Shown: piece after piece, positions 30,854 through 40,655 of the stretch
Layout of the letters: every line of letters begins with the position of its first letter
How positions within the stretch are numbered: the stretch's first letter is position 1
Source of the DNA: Spirochaetota bacterium
GTDB lineage: Bacteria > Spirochaetota > UBA4802 > UBA5550
Assembly (NCBI GenBank): GCA_963664815.2
Contig: CAXXHB010000002.1
Coordinates: 160,001 to 224,000, forward strand
Reading direction: 5' to 3'
DNA: 64,000 nucleotides
Position numbers and translations under genes: made by a program
The notes under the pieces: generated by a model
What the model was told of the DNA's origin: nothing
What the model saw: the letters and a program-made list of their open reading frames with translations, nothing else
Databases searched by the model: none

Positions 30854-31044
30854 AACAGTCCTTCTCCGTTTTATTGCCCTTTTTGTATTATTCATATATA
30901 TAATCCAGACATCGACGGCCGAAAATCAATTTGAAACTATATAATATTTATCAGTTGAATTTTCTTTAGATGGTGTTTATTGTTATATTACATCAATACC
31001 ATGATCAGAGTATGCTATCTGAAAAAATATAAAGTGGTGAATAT

Positions 31045-31596
31045 ATGTTCGAAGAATTCAGGATTAAGGCTATAGCAGCCGGAGCGGAGATCTTTCGTTT
31101 TACAACAGAAGACGAGGCGCTGGATTTTATATTGTCTTTTCTTGAAGCAGAAGGAGTATCTGATTCTCCCGGGTTGTATGCTCTCTGGCAAAAAGGTACT
31201 TTTGCAAAAGATGTGAATGAGATATATCTTGAAGAGAGAGTTCCGGGACTAAAATTCCAGATCACAAGAGAAACTGCGGCTGATTCTCTTGTTGGAATTA
31301 GTGAAATGGAGTATGCTCTTTCAGATACAGGTTCACTGGTTGCAAATCAGACACTGGTTGAACATAGACTTGTCTCCACTCTTCCTGATATACATATGGC
31401 AATAACATATACATACAAGATTCTTGAAGGAAAGGTTGATCTTTTCCGAAAAATGAATCCTGCAAACAACAGATATATTGCATTTATAACAGGACCAAGC
31501 AGAACCGCCGATATTGAACGTGTACTTACTATTGGTGTTCATGGTCCGAAGAGATTGATTATTATTTTTATCGATGATGAAATAGCGGGAGAATGA
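31045..31596 (+). CDS. Lactate utilization protein, LutC/YkgG (LldG-like)
   Basis: LUD domain: DTGSLV, RLVSTLP and FITGPSRTADIERVLTIGVHGP. Confidence 0.9.
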   Translation: MFEEFRIKAIAAGAEIFRFTTEDEALDFILSFLEAEGVSDSPGLYALWQKGTFAKDVNEIYLEERVPGLKFQITRETAADSLVGISEMEYALSDTGSLVANQTLVEHRLVSTLPDIHMAITYTYKILEGKVDLFRKMNPANNRYIAFITGPSRTADIERVLTIGVHGPKRLIIIFIDDEIAGE

Positions 31597-33732
31597 ATGA
31601 AGGATGATTTTAAAGATTCGATAATCAAGGCAGTGAATAATACTGTTTTGACAGGTGCACTTGGAAAATTTTCCGAAACTTTTAAAATTAATCGTGCAAA
31701 AGCCTACGAAGGAATAGACTTTGAAGACCTGAGAAATATAATCGCGGAAAGAAAAGCATTCGCTGCTGCAAATCTTGAATTACTTACTGCAGAATTCAAA
31801 CGCAATGCTGAATTAAACGGAGCAAAAGTTTTTATCGCAAAAAAAGCATTGGATGCAGTTGACTATATTATTAATATAGCAAAGGACAATAATGTTAAAT
31901 CCGTTGTTAAATCCAAATCAATGGCCAGTGAAGAGATACATCTTAACAAGCATCTTGAAGAAAACGGTATCTCTGTCAGGGAAACTGATCTGGGGGAATG
32001 GATAATACAACTGGCTGGACAGAAACCCTCTCACATGGTTATGCCTGCAATACATATGACAAAAGAAGAGGTGTCTGTACTTTTCAGCAGTGAGATAAAT
32101 GAAGTTTTGTCAAATAATATCCCGGAACTAGTTAACGTAGCCAGAAAGGAGATGAGAAATGCGTTTTTTTCGGCAGACATGGGTATAACTGGAGCAAATA
32201 TAGCTGTGGCAGAAACAGGCAGTATTGTAATAATAACCAATGAAGGTAATGCAAGAATGGTGACAACCCTGCCAAAAATTCATATAATCCTTGCAGGCAT
32301 TGAGAAATTCGTTGAAAAATTTGATGATATAGTTCCAATATTAACTGCCCTCCCTCGTAGTGCAACAGCCCAGATTATTACAAGTTATGTTTCAATAATT
32401 ACCGGCCAAACACCAAACATTGATGGTACGATGAAAAATCTTCACATTGTACTCCTGGATAACAGGCGTTCTGAAATGGCGAAAGACCCGGAATTTGCAG
32501 AAGCAATGCAATGCATAAGATGTGGTTCCTGCCTTAATGTGTGTCCTGTTTTCCGGCTTGTAGGTGGGCATGTTTTCGGCAAGACATATACAGGAGGCAT
32601 AGGAACAATACTGACTGCATGGTTTGAGGAATTAAAGAACTCCGAAGAGATACAGAGTTTATGTATACAATGTGGAAATTGCCGTGAGATATGCCCGGGG
32701 AGGCTGGATATCCCCGGAATGATATTGGAAATCAGAAGACGAATTGTAAAAGAAAAAGGGTTGTCTGTTCCATCAAAAATTATTTTCAGTATTGTTAATA
32801 ACCGTAAATTATTTCATGCGATGCTTCGCACTGCATCTGTTGCCGGAAAGCCTTTTACCAGCGGAGGTTATTTAAGACACCTTCCGCTTTTTCTGTCAGG
32901 CCTTACAGAGGGAAGAAGCCTTCCAGCAATAGCTGCTGTCCCTTTCAGGGATGAGTTTACTAAAATAACGCAGCCCCACTATGATGAAAAGGTTGCTTTC
33001 TATTCCGGCTGTCTCATCGATTTTGCATACCCAAAGATGGGGATAGATCTTGTCAAAATATTTAATAGTGCAGAGATAGAAGTTATATATCCGCAGGGAC
33101 AAACCTGCTGTGGTGCTCCTGCAAGATATAGCGGTGCATATGATGCTGCTGCCGGTAATGCGCTGGAGAATATTATAGCTCTGCTTGAACAGGACACAAA
33201 TTATATAGTTTCAGCATGCCCCACATGCACAGTCGCCCTCAAATATGAATTCATTAATACTTTTAAAATTCTTGGGCTGACAGAGCATATCCCAATGGCA
33301 GAAAAACTTGCCGCTAAAGTAACTGATTTTTCCATACTTGTAACGAAGCTGATAGATGCTGGACGAATTAAGTTGAAAAGCGTACATAAGAGATGTAGAA
33401 TCACTTATCATGATTCCTGCCATCTTAAAAGAACCCTGAAAGTTTCAGAACAACCTCGAGAGATTCTCCATAAAGCCGGTTATGAGATTGAGGAGATGTC
33501 TGAATGTGATATGTGTTGTGGCATGGGCGGGTCTTATTCACTCAAACTGCCGGAGATTTCCCGTCCAATACTTGAACGTAAACTTGCCAATATAATCAAT
33601 ACCGATTCAGCCATTGTTGCAATGGATTGCCCTGGCTGCGTTTTGCAGATTGCCGGAGGTTTCCACCAGGCCGGAAAAAGAATTGCCGTCAAACATACTC
33701 TGGAGTTACTCGCTTCACAGCTTGAAAAATAA
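31597..33732 (+). CDS. L-lactate dehydrogenase large Fe-S subunit (LutB-LutA fusion, LldH/LdhH-like)
   Basis: KSKSMASEEI, ETDLGEWI and PSHMVMPAIH (LutB); CIRCGSCLNVCP and CIQCGNCREICP; two CCG domains (TCCGAP, MCCGMGG). Confidence 0.9.
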   Translation: MKDDFKDSIIKAVNNTVLTGALGKFSETFKINRAKAYEGIDFEDLRNIIAERKAFAAANLELLTAEFKRNAELNGAKVFIAKKALDAVDYIINIAKDNNVKSVVKSKSMASEEIHLNKHLEENGISVRETDLGEWIIQLAGQKPSHMVMPAIHMTKEEVSVLFSSEINEVLSNNIPELVNVARKEMRNAFFSADMGITGANIAVAETGSIVIITNEGNARMVTTLPKIHIILAGIEKFVEKFDDIVPILTALPRSATAQIITSYVSIITGQTPNIDGTMKNLHIVLLDNRRSEMAKDPEFAEAMQCIRCGSCLNVCPVFRLVGGHVFGKTYTGGIGTILTAWFEELKNSEEIQSLCIQCGNCREICPGRLDIPGMILEIRRRIVKEKGLSVPSKIIFSIVNNRKLFHAMLRTASVAGKPFTSGGYLRHLPLFLSGLTEGRSLPAIAAVPFRDEFTKITQPHYDEKVAFYSGCLIDFAYPKMGIDLVKIFNSAEIEVIYPQGQTCCGAPARYSGAYDAAAGNALENIIALLEQDTNYIVSACPTCTVALKYEFINTFKILGLTEHIPMAEKLAAKVTDFSILVTKLIDAGRIKLKSVHKRCRITYHDSCHLKRTLKVSEQPREILHKAGYEIEEMSECDMCCGMGGSYSLKLPEISRPILERKLANIINTDSAIVAMDCPGCVLQIAGGFHQAGKRIAVKHTLELLASQLEK

Positions 33733-33741
33733 ATTCATCAA

Positions 33742-34272
33742 TCAATATTCAATTCCTTTCCGGGCAATAACCCCTGATTCAAAATAGTGCTTTATTTCTT
33801 TCATTTCAGTAACAAGATCAGCACGACTGAGAATTGCAGGGGAGGCTCCTCGCCCTGTAAGAACTAATTCGATCTCTTCCGGTTTCATTTCGATCAATTC
33901 AATAATTTCACTCTCGTGGAGAAGGCCAAAAGCTGGCATGTTCAATATCTCGTCAAGAACCACAATACTGTATCTTTTCTCTTTTAATATTTCTTTTGCT
34001 TGTTTAAAACCTTTCTCCGATGCAACAAGATGCTCTTTGTATGATGGTGAATTCTTATCTTTAATAAATCCGCTGCTTCCGTACTTCCGGAAAAACATAC
34101 TTTCGCCGAATTTTTCAGCAGCCTGGAATTCACCGGTCTCCTGCCCCTTCATAAACTGAATGAAAGCTGAATGAATTCCCCATCCTGCAGCCCTGAAACA
34201 AAGCCCGAGAGCTGCAGTTGTTTTTCCCTTACCTTCCCCGGTATATATATGAATTAATCCCTTCTGAATCAT
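33742..34272 (-). CDS. cobO: Cob(I)alamin adenosyltransferase CobO/BtuR
   Basis: IYTGEGKGKTTAALG, IQFMKG, VLDEI, LTGR, ADLVTEM and RKGIEY. Confidence 0.93.
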   Translation of the reverse strand: MIQKGLIHIYTGEGKGKTTAALGLCFRAAGWGIHSAFIQFMKGQETGEFQAAEKFGESMFFRKYGSSGFIKDKNSPSYKEHLVASEKGFKQAKEILKEKRYSIVVLDEILNMPAFGLLHESEIIELIEMKPEEIELVLTGRGASPAILSRADLVTEMKEIKHYFESGVIARKGIEY

Positions 34273-34275
34273 TAG

Positions 34276-35907
34276 TCAGTCTCTCACATCAATCTTCTGG
34301 TCATAGCGTTCAATATTTTCTATTTTCACTTCAACAAACCATACAGGAGGGGAACCAAGCCCCTTGGTGATAAAAAACTCCTGGTTTTTCACTATATCAG
34401 TAAGAGTGGTCTTCGCTAGCGGAGGTATATATTCAGAAGATATATCAACTGTGACTGGTAATAATTCAATGCCGTATGCATCAGAGTCGGATTTCCGGAT
34501 AATAAACCCTGTCTTCAGAAAAACCCCGTTGGTTGCCTGCCGTTCAAAAACATCCATAATTTTCTGATTTTTAACTTTTACCCAGAATGAAATTTTGCCG
34601 TCAGAAATCAGCACCCTTCCATTATATAAAGTACCTGATTTTTTGGATAATTCACTTTGCAGGGAGGAAACAATATATCCGATGTTATTCTGAAGAGGTT
34701 CCTTCTGCATTATCATTATCCCTGTATACTCAGAAAAAGTCTGGATCAGTTTATCCGGTGTTAATAATTGTTTTGTGTGAAAAACCTCATCAAGAGATTC
34801 TGGTGGTTTTACATATTTCGGGTTTTTGTAGTCTGAAGCAAGAATTCCTTTCTCCCATTCGTGGTAAGCGGCTATTGAATGAAATATTCTCCCGCGTTGC
34901 AGGTAAATATCATGTCTTGTTCCTGCTTTATCAAATACCCGCTGATGATACGAAACACTGAAGTTTTTCCCCTGAGTAAGTCCGGAAAGCCTTTCAATGT
35001 CGATATATTCTCCGGCTATTCTTCCAGAGCTTATTACATTAATATGGATCCCCTTTTTCTTTGCCTCGACTGAGAACCTTTCCGGAAAAAACATCCCTCC
35101 AAGTCTTGAATTATTTATGATATAAATATCTTTAGATGCTCCGCTTCTCCACTTGATGTTTTTAATTGTATAGTTTAGAAGACTTGAAAATTTTTCAAGA
35201 TTTATCCCACCACCAGGCTGGAGTTTTGAGAGTGTTTCATTTAATTCCTTTATAGAATTCTGGTGCATTGTTAGTGTTTCATATGATCTTCTATCCGAAT
35301 ACGGAGCGAGATAAATATTGGTATCAACGTTAAGCCTGCCAATAAGTGTTGTTGAAAATTCAGATATAGAACTCTTTACATCATTCCATTCATCACTCAT
35401 TCCGTAAGATGAGTCTAAGAGGAAAACAATATCGGCCTGGGTTTTACCTGTAACTGCTTTTTTTGCACTGAAATTAATGAGAGTTTCTTTAATCTCAAGC
35501 TGAACAAGCTTGTAAATATCACGTGAGCTGTTATGGTTTCTGGAAAGAATTTTTCTGTCTCTTACCGAATAAAGAACATTGTCAAAAGCAAACTCACCCT
35601 TACTTTTACTTATTGATCCGAGTAGAATATATTTAAGATTATATTTAACTCCAAAAGCATTGAGATCTTCTGCATCAACAGACTTTTCCGGATTAATCCC
35701 CAGCTGTTTCATTCCAATATCAGCTTCCTCGGGAGACAGTACATCGGTATCCTTCATCAGAAGTATACCGAGAGATACCAGTCTTGCATATTCCTTGCCT
35801 GAAATTCTTGAATCAAATGCCTGATCCCTGTATGGAAGAATGGCTATAGATGCAAAAGCCTGTGAAACTGAAAACACAAGAGTAATAAAAAACAGAATTT
35901 TTTTCAT
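34276..35907 (-). CDS. Exported vWA-domain protein
   Basis: Signal peptide; N-terminal CsgG/TolB-N-like segment; MIDAS-like DIVFLLDSSYGM; WRSGASK. Confidence 0.75.
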   Translation of the reverse strand: MKKILFFITLVFSVSQAFASIAILPYRDQAFDSRISGKEYARLVSLGILLMKDTDVLSPEEADIGMKQLGINPEKSVDAEDLNAFGVKYNLKYILLGSISKSKGEFAFDNVLYSVRDRKILSRNHNSSRDIYKLVQLEIKETLINFSAKKAVTGKTQADIVFLLDSSYGMSDEWNDVKSSISEFSTTLIGRLNVDTNIYLAPYSDRRSYETLTMHQNSIKELNETLSKLQPGGGINLEKFSSLLNYTIKNIKWRSGASKDIYIINNSRLGGMFFPERFSVEAKKKGIHINVISSGRIAGEYIDIERLSGLTQGKNFSVSYHQRVFDKAGTRHDIYLQRGRIFHSIAAYHEWEKGILASDYKNPKYVKPPESLDEVFHTKQLLTPDKLIQTFSEYTGIMIMQKEPLQNNIGYIVSSLQSELSKKSGTLYNGRVLISDGKISFWVKVKNQKIMDVFERQATNGVFLKTGFIIRKSDSDAYGIELLPVTVDISSEYIPPLAKTTLTDIVKNQEFFITKGLGSPPVWFVEVKIENIERYDQKIDVRD

Positions 35908-36178
35908 TTAATTTACACTTCTTAAAAGATTAATGTCAGATTCTCTGCCGGGCTTTTATATGACATACCCTTTGTCTGCTGAAGAACCACTCTTATTATA
36001 AAACTTCTTAATTCTAACATTGTAATAATAGACTTGAATGTTATTAAAATTCAAGATAATTTTAATATTGAACAACGTTAAAATTTCATTCATACAAAAT
36101 AAAAATAAATTTGACATTCTTTTCAAAGAGAGTTTCATATAAATTATGGAAGTATTTATACCAGGGAGGGGTATATTT

Positions 36179-36862
36179 ATGAAAATAACACCGGATGTTA
36201 ATTCCACCGGAATAAGGCCGGGGGGAAATGTTTTACAGCGCTCAAATAAAGATAGCCACATCATTAATGTATCAGATGCAAAAATCGCTCAGGATGTTGT
36301 TTTAAAGATGCAGAGAGAGAAATCTCTTGTTGATGCACTTGCTATCGCTCAGTCTTCAAGAGAACTTGTACAGAAGGCTCTTAATATTTCGTCAAGACTC
36401 ATGTCTCTTGCTTCAGAGGCAATGATTACAGGCAGGGTTAATATTGAAGAAGTATCAACACAGATGTCAAGCATCAATACATCGATGAGTGGATACGGGG
36501 AAAGAGTTTCAATTCCTATTGAAGGAGCAACGCCCCCTGTAAATGATGCTCAAGTAAAGATCAATGAAAGTTTCACCAGACTTAAAGAAAAAACCGGGGA
36601 TTTAATTTCGGGTAAACCTGTTCAAGAAAATGAATTCGAGCCGATAATGGCAAACCTGAAAGTAATAGCTACTGAATATGATGTTAAAATAAAGAAGTAT
36701 TCAGAAGAACTCGGTAGTGTTAAAAAAATTCCGAATTTTAATTTTGATTATGCCGGATTAAATAAAAACACTGCTGCTCTGATACAAGGTAATCCTTCTA
36801 AGGCTCTTGAAACTCAAGGCAACATAAGCTATGACATGGCAGGAAGACTTACAACAGCATGA
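36179..36862 (+). CDS. Divergent flagellin-like helical protein
   Basis: GGGAGGGG RBS. DALAIAQSS...RLMSLASEA aligns in register with flagellin DGISLIQTA...RMRELAVQA. The C-terminal DYA...IQGNPSKALETQGN resembles DMA...ILQQAGTAMLAQAN. Confidence 0.55.
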   Translation: MKITPDVNSTGIRPGGNVLQRSNKDSHIINVSDAKIAQDVVLKMQREKSLVDALAIAQSSRELVQKALNISSRLMSLASEAMITGRVNIEEVSTQMSSINTSMSGYGERVSIPIEGATPPVNDAQVKINESFTRLKEKTGDLISGKPVQENEFEPIMANLKVIATEYDVKIKKYSEELGSVKKIPNFNFDYAGLNKNTAALIQGNPSKALETQGNISYDMAGRLTTA

Positions 36863-36872
36863 AATTTTTTAT

Positions 36873-36931
36873 GATGATATGGCAGTAGCGGATGAGATTA
36901 AATTTTTCTGAACTGTCATATCATCTTTTTT
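36873..36931 (+). terminator. Putative intrinsic terminator
   Basis: 14-bp stem GATGATATGGCAGT/ACTGTCATATCATC (one G-U pair), about 25-nt loop, then T6, directly after the stop codon. Confidence 0.6.
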
Positions 36932-37322
36932 CATATTTTTTAATATGATCGAAGAACTATTTTCCAATTTTATAAACTACATACATCACATTTCGGGTCA
37001 CCCTATTTTTATATTATAAGGCCTACAGTTAAAAACTGCAGCAGTGCTTATTAAATGGAATTTGTTCAAGTTAGATTTTCCTGAACAATTATAGTTCATC
37101 CGGGTTTGTGAGTCATTTTAATGTTTGAAAATGTCTCATATGAAATTGAGGTTATATAAAAAATACTTAAGTAAAAAATTTTATCTTGACTTTAAATTAA
37201 TTTTAAACTATTTAAGTATTAAAATTAATCGTGCTTGTTCTTACCCTGTCCAGACTTATTTTTATGCAGAAATCCCTGACATGTTCTGTCAGAGAATTAT
37301 TAATAATTATGTAGAATAAAAA

Positions 37323-38111
37323 ATGACTTCTTTTAAGAAAATTAAATCAAAAAGAAAAGATAAAGAAATTAATCAGGTTTATTTTAGAATTAAAAACCGG
37401 AATTACATTGAAAATTCTTGTAATTCATCGTTGAGTATGTTTAATTCGATTTATAAATTTCATTCATCATTACAGAGTAATGAATCATTCAGATCAATGA
37501 AAATCAGAGACTGCTATACATTAACACTGGCAAACGCAATAATAGAACGGCTGCAATCAGAAAAGATCATAGCCGACAAAAATCATTCTATCCCCGATAT
37601 GTTTTATGACAATCTGGCCGAAACTCTGCTTGAAGAAAACAGCGATAAGGAACTGATTATAATATATCTCAAACAGATGATGAATATAATGAAGAAAAGT
37701 GGGATTATTCTTTTTAAGGATAGGATCGCAATTGTATCTGAAACCTTTAAAGAAAAAGAAACCCTCTATTTCAGGTTATTTCACTCATTCTGGAACGAAA
37801 CAGTGTGGAGTGAAATTTTTCCTTCATCACCGGAAACCGCTGACAAATTGCATGAAAAAAGAAATGTATTTGCTGAGCTTATTCAGGGATTCTTTACCGA
37901 AGTAAGCATAGAGGATATTTCAAATGATTTTTTTGATATGACCGATATAGCTGAAAGAAATGATTATTTTATGATTTCATTTCTTGATTTTTACCTTATC
38001 GCATGGCTTAAAAATTTCGGGATAATCGAGTATTCAAACAGCAAAAATAGCGATATTATATACATTTCTATACAGGACTACGGGAAAGATATTCTCCGCA
38101 AATTAATCTGA
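37323..38111 (+). CDS. Hypothetical protein
   Basis: 262-aa ORF converging on tmRNA; possible C-terminal winged helix (WLKNFGIIEY). Confidence 0.65.
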   Translation: MTSFKKIKSKRKDKEINQVYFRIKNRNYIENSCNSSLSMFNSIYKFHSSLQSNESFRSMKIRDCYTLTLANAIIERLQSEKIIADKNHSIPDMFYDNLAETLLEENSDKELIIIYLKQMMNIMKKSGIILFKDRIAIVSETFKEKETLYFRLFHSFWNETVWSEIFPSSPETADKLHEKRNVFAELIQGFFTEVSIEDISNDFFDMTDIAERNDYFMISFLDFYLIAWLKNFGIIEYSNSKNSDIIYISIQDYGKDILRKLI

Positions 38112-38114
38112 TAT

Positions 38115-38464
38115 TGGAGACGGCGGGACTCGAACCCGCGTCCTACAACATACCCCTATAGCGTCTACATGCTTATCTTCTTCATTTAATCTAAGTTTGC
38201 AATCCGGGAAGAAGCGCCGTATTACAAACCTGTCTCCCTAAAGCTTTGCCCTCATCACGGGAGCATTAAATCGGGCTATTCCCAGTAATTTTATGCCTTT
38301 AAACCTCCCTGAGAAACAAAATGTTTAAAGACATAGCAGGTATTAAGCTGCTAGTGCAAAATTATCGTTTGCGATTACATTTAATCTGCCATGATTTACG
38401 AGGTGACAGCACACTCGGCATGCAACTATAGAAACACTATTGCAGTCGAAACCAGATCGTCCCC
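38115..38464 (-). ncRNA. ssrA: tmRNA (transfer-messenger RNA), tag peptide (A)ANDNFALAA
   Basis: 5' GGGGACGATCTGGTTTCGAC pairs with the 3' end GACGCGGGTTCGAGTCCCGCCGTCTCCA (T-arm, G3-U wobble). Internal frame 38372-38343: GCA AAC GAT AAT TTT GCA CTA GCA GCT TAA. Length 350 nt; CCA not encoded. Confidence 0.96.
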
Positions 38465-38588
38465 TGCAAAAAGCTTTAAAGTAACTAAAAAGATTGCCTC
38501 TTGAATATTTGTCAATATATTAAATCATAATTGACACATCTCTTTGTTTATGATATCTGTTAAGATATATTGTTACAAGGAATATCTG

Positions 38589-39146
38589 ATGAATAAAGTC
38601 ACTTTAAGGGAAAAAATATATATTTTATTACTTATCGTTTTCATCAACTCGAATTTTTCTGTTTATGCTTCTTCAGGAGATATGTTTTATTATTTCGATA
38701 ATGTATTATCCAAATTATCAACTTCGATAAAAGACGCTTCAGCAGATATATTACCGTTAAATTTTAAAACATTAAGCGGTAATTGGAATTTAATGTACGG
38801 GAACGATTACGGTTATAGCTTCAGGTTTTTTAAGAATTACCGGGCAATTGTTATTGTATATCTCAACACAAACTCAGTTATTTTCAAAGGTGTCTATAAT
38901 ATAGAGAACAGCAATGCTATTAGAATTAATATTTCTGAAATGAAAAGAGTGGAAAGTGTTAAGGAACTTGATCTTAAAGGGGGCTTTGTCAAGGCTAAAT
39001 CATCCTACTTTATTTTCAATGCTCGGGCTATATCACGAGAAAGAGAAAAAAATCTTGAATTAAGACCGAGAGAATCCTCTATTGACGGTAAAGATTCTGA
39101 AGGATATTTTGAACCATATATAAAACTCGAATATTCAGGAAAATAA
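38589..39146 (+). CDS. Hypothetical exported protein
   Basis: Signal-like N-terminus and beta-rich body (LSGNWNL); coupled to the next gene by a TAATG overlap. Confidence 0.65.
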   Translation: MNKVTLREKIYILLLIVFINSNFSVYASSGDMFYYFDNVLSKLSTSIKDASADILPLNFKTLSGNWNLMYGNDYGYSFRFFKNYRAIVIVYLNTNSVIFKGVYNIENSNAIRINISEMKRVESVKELDLKGGFVKAKSSYFIFNARAISREREKNLELRPRESSIDGKDSEGYFEPYIKLEYSGK

Positions 39147-39898
39147 TGTCTGTTGATAACTTTAAATTTATAAATCATCGGGGTTTAAGTCTTTCAGGAA
39201 GAATTTATAGCGGTAATAGTAATCATAAATCAGGTTTGATCTTTAGTCACGGTCTTTTTTCAAGCAAGGATGGTTATAAAATAACAAGAATAGCCGATAC
39301 CATAATAGATTCCGGGTTTGATCTAATGACTTTTGATTTTACTTTTTCCGGTGAATCCTCTGGTAATATTACGGATATTTCTGTTTCTGAAGAAGTGGAA
39401 GATCTAAAGTGTGCAATAAGATTTTTCAAAAATAAAGGCATAGAAAAAATCCACCTTATGGGATCAAGTATGGGAGCTTCAGTTACTATACTGACTGCAT
39501 CAACAAACATGTTTGAAATTGAATCTCTTATCCTGATTGCAACACCGGTTACATTTACACAATTGCTGCCTGATAAGAATAAAATTGAAATCGACTCCCT
39601 TGATCACAACGGGTATACTTTCATAACCGGAATTAAAGTGAACAACAGGTTTATCAAAGAACTTTTCGAGATAGATATGCTTGCTGCAATAAAAAATATA
39701 AGGATCCCTTCTCTACTTATACATGGGAAAAAAGATGCTGTTGTGGATTCCAGCAATCTCGATTCTTTTATACGGAATTCCCCTTCAAAGTGTACTTCCA
39801 TTATAATTGAAGATGGAGATCATAATCTGACAAGGGATTCAGATATAAATTTAATATCAGAAAATATAAAGAGTTGGCTTGGAAAATTTAATATATAA
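39146..39898 (+). CDS. Alpha/beta hydrolase
   Basis: HGLFSSK, nucleophile GSSMG, IHGKKDAVV and GDH. Confidence 0.9.
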   Translation: MSVDNFKFINHRGLSLSGRIYSGNSNHKSGLIFSHGLFSSKDGYKITRIADTIIDSGFDLMTFDFTFSGESSGNITDISVSEEVEDLKCAIRFFKNKGIEKIHLMGSSMGASVTILTASTNMFEIESLILIATPVTFTQLLPDKNKIEIDSLDHNGYTFITGIKVNNRFIKELFEIDMLAAIKNIRIPSLLIHGKKDAVVDSSNLDSFIRNSPSKCTSIIIEDGDHNLTRDSDINLISENIKSWLGKFNI

Positions 39899-40283
39899 AT
39901 ATTTCCTGATAACTATAGGTTTTTCACAGGTTATTATGGCGATCCTGGGATTGTTTTTCCCACAAAGAATATTTAACATGTGGAAAAAATGGATTTTAAA
40001 CCATTTTTTCCCCCTGCATGGAATTGCTTTAATTCTTATAGGATTTCCAATGACTATTTATAAAGGATTTTTATCATCTATTATTTTCTTTATAGGTCTT
40101 TTTGTTGTTTTTACAGGCCCATTTATTCTTATTTATCCTGAAAAAATACAAGATGCATTCAGTAATTCAGATACACGTTTCAAAGAGAAAGATATTAAAA
40201 TCATGATTTACATTGATGCTTTATTCAGATTAAGTGCAGGATCAATTTTCCTTTTAAGTTGCTGGAAAACTTTTCTCAATTAA
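39879..40283 (+). CDS. Small multi-pass membrane protein
   Basis: Four hydrophobic segments; overlaps the upstream gene. Confidence 0.6.
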   Translation: MENLIYKYFLITIGFSQVIMAILGLFFPQRIFNMWKKWILNHFFPLHGIALILIGFPMTIYKGFLSSIIFFIGLFVVFTGPFILIYPEKIQDAFSNSDTRFKEKDIKIMIYIDALFRLSAGSIFLLSCWKTFLN

Positions 40284-40505
40284 ACCACCTGAATTTCAGG
40301 AGAGATACCTGAAAAGAGATTTTTATTATATTCCATCAAAATATTATTTTTAACAATTTTTTCTTTGCCCTCTTTTAAGGGATTGAGGCTTTTTCCTTTT
40401 TATAATTGACACAAATCTTTTTTTTAAAATTATAATATTATATATCTGTAAATATTAATTAATACAAATATTGTCACTTGAGGTATGTGATGATATTGCA
40501 CTCTA

Positions 40506-40531
40506 TCTTGCAAAATATGTTTTTTGCAAGA
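40506..40531. promoter_or_regulatory. Perfect 10-6-10 inverted repeat, candidate operator
   Basis: TCTTGCAAAA-TATGTT-TTTTGCAAGA, about 125 bp upstream of the fibre-like gene. Function is inferred. Confidence 0.35.
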
Positions 40532-40655
40532 ATTGTTTGTATTACTATGATCACAATGAAAGATGCTGATCATTTTTTAAAAATTACACCATGAAGTATT
40601 TCTGATTTATCCGGGAAAATCAGATTTTATATATTAAAATGTGGCTGGAGTTAAA

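Noticed and set aside
37125-37319. 64-aa ORF upstream of the 37323 hypothetical gene
   Set aside because: TTG start, no RBS, and AT-rich promoter-like composition.
37323-38464. Genomic island integrated at the tmRNA 3' end
   Set aside because: I saw no duplicated tmRNA 3' end (att site) and no integrase in the window.
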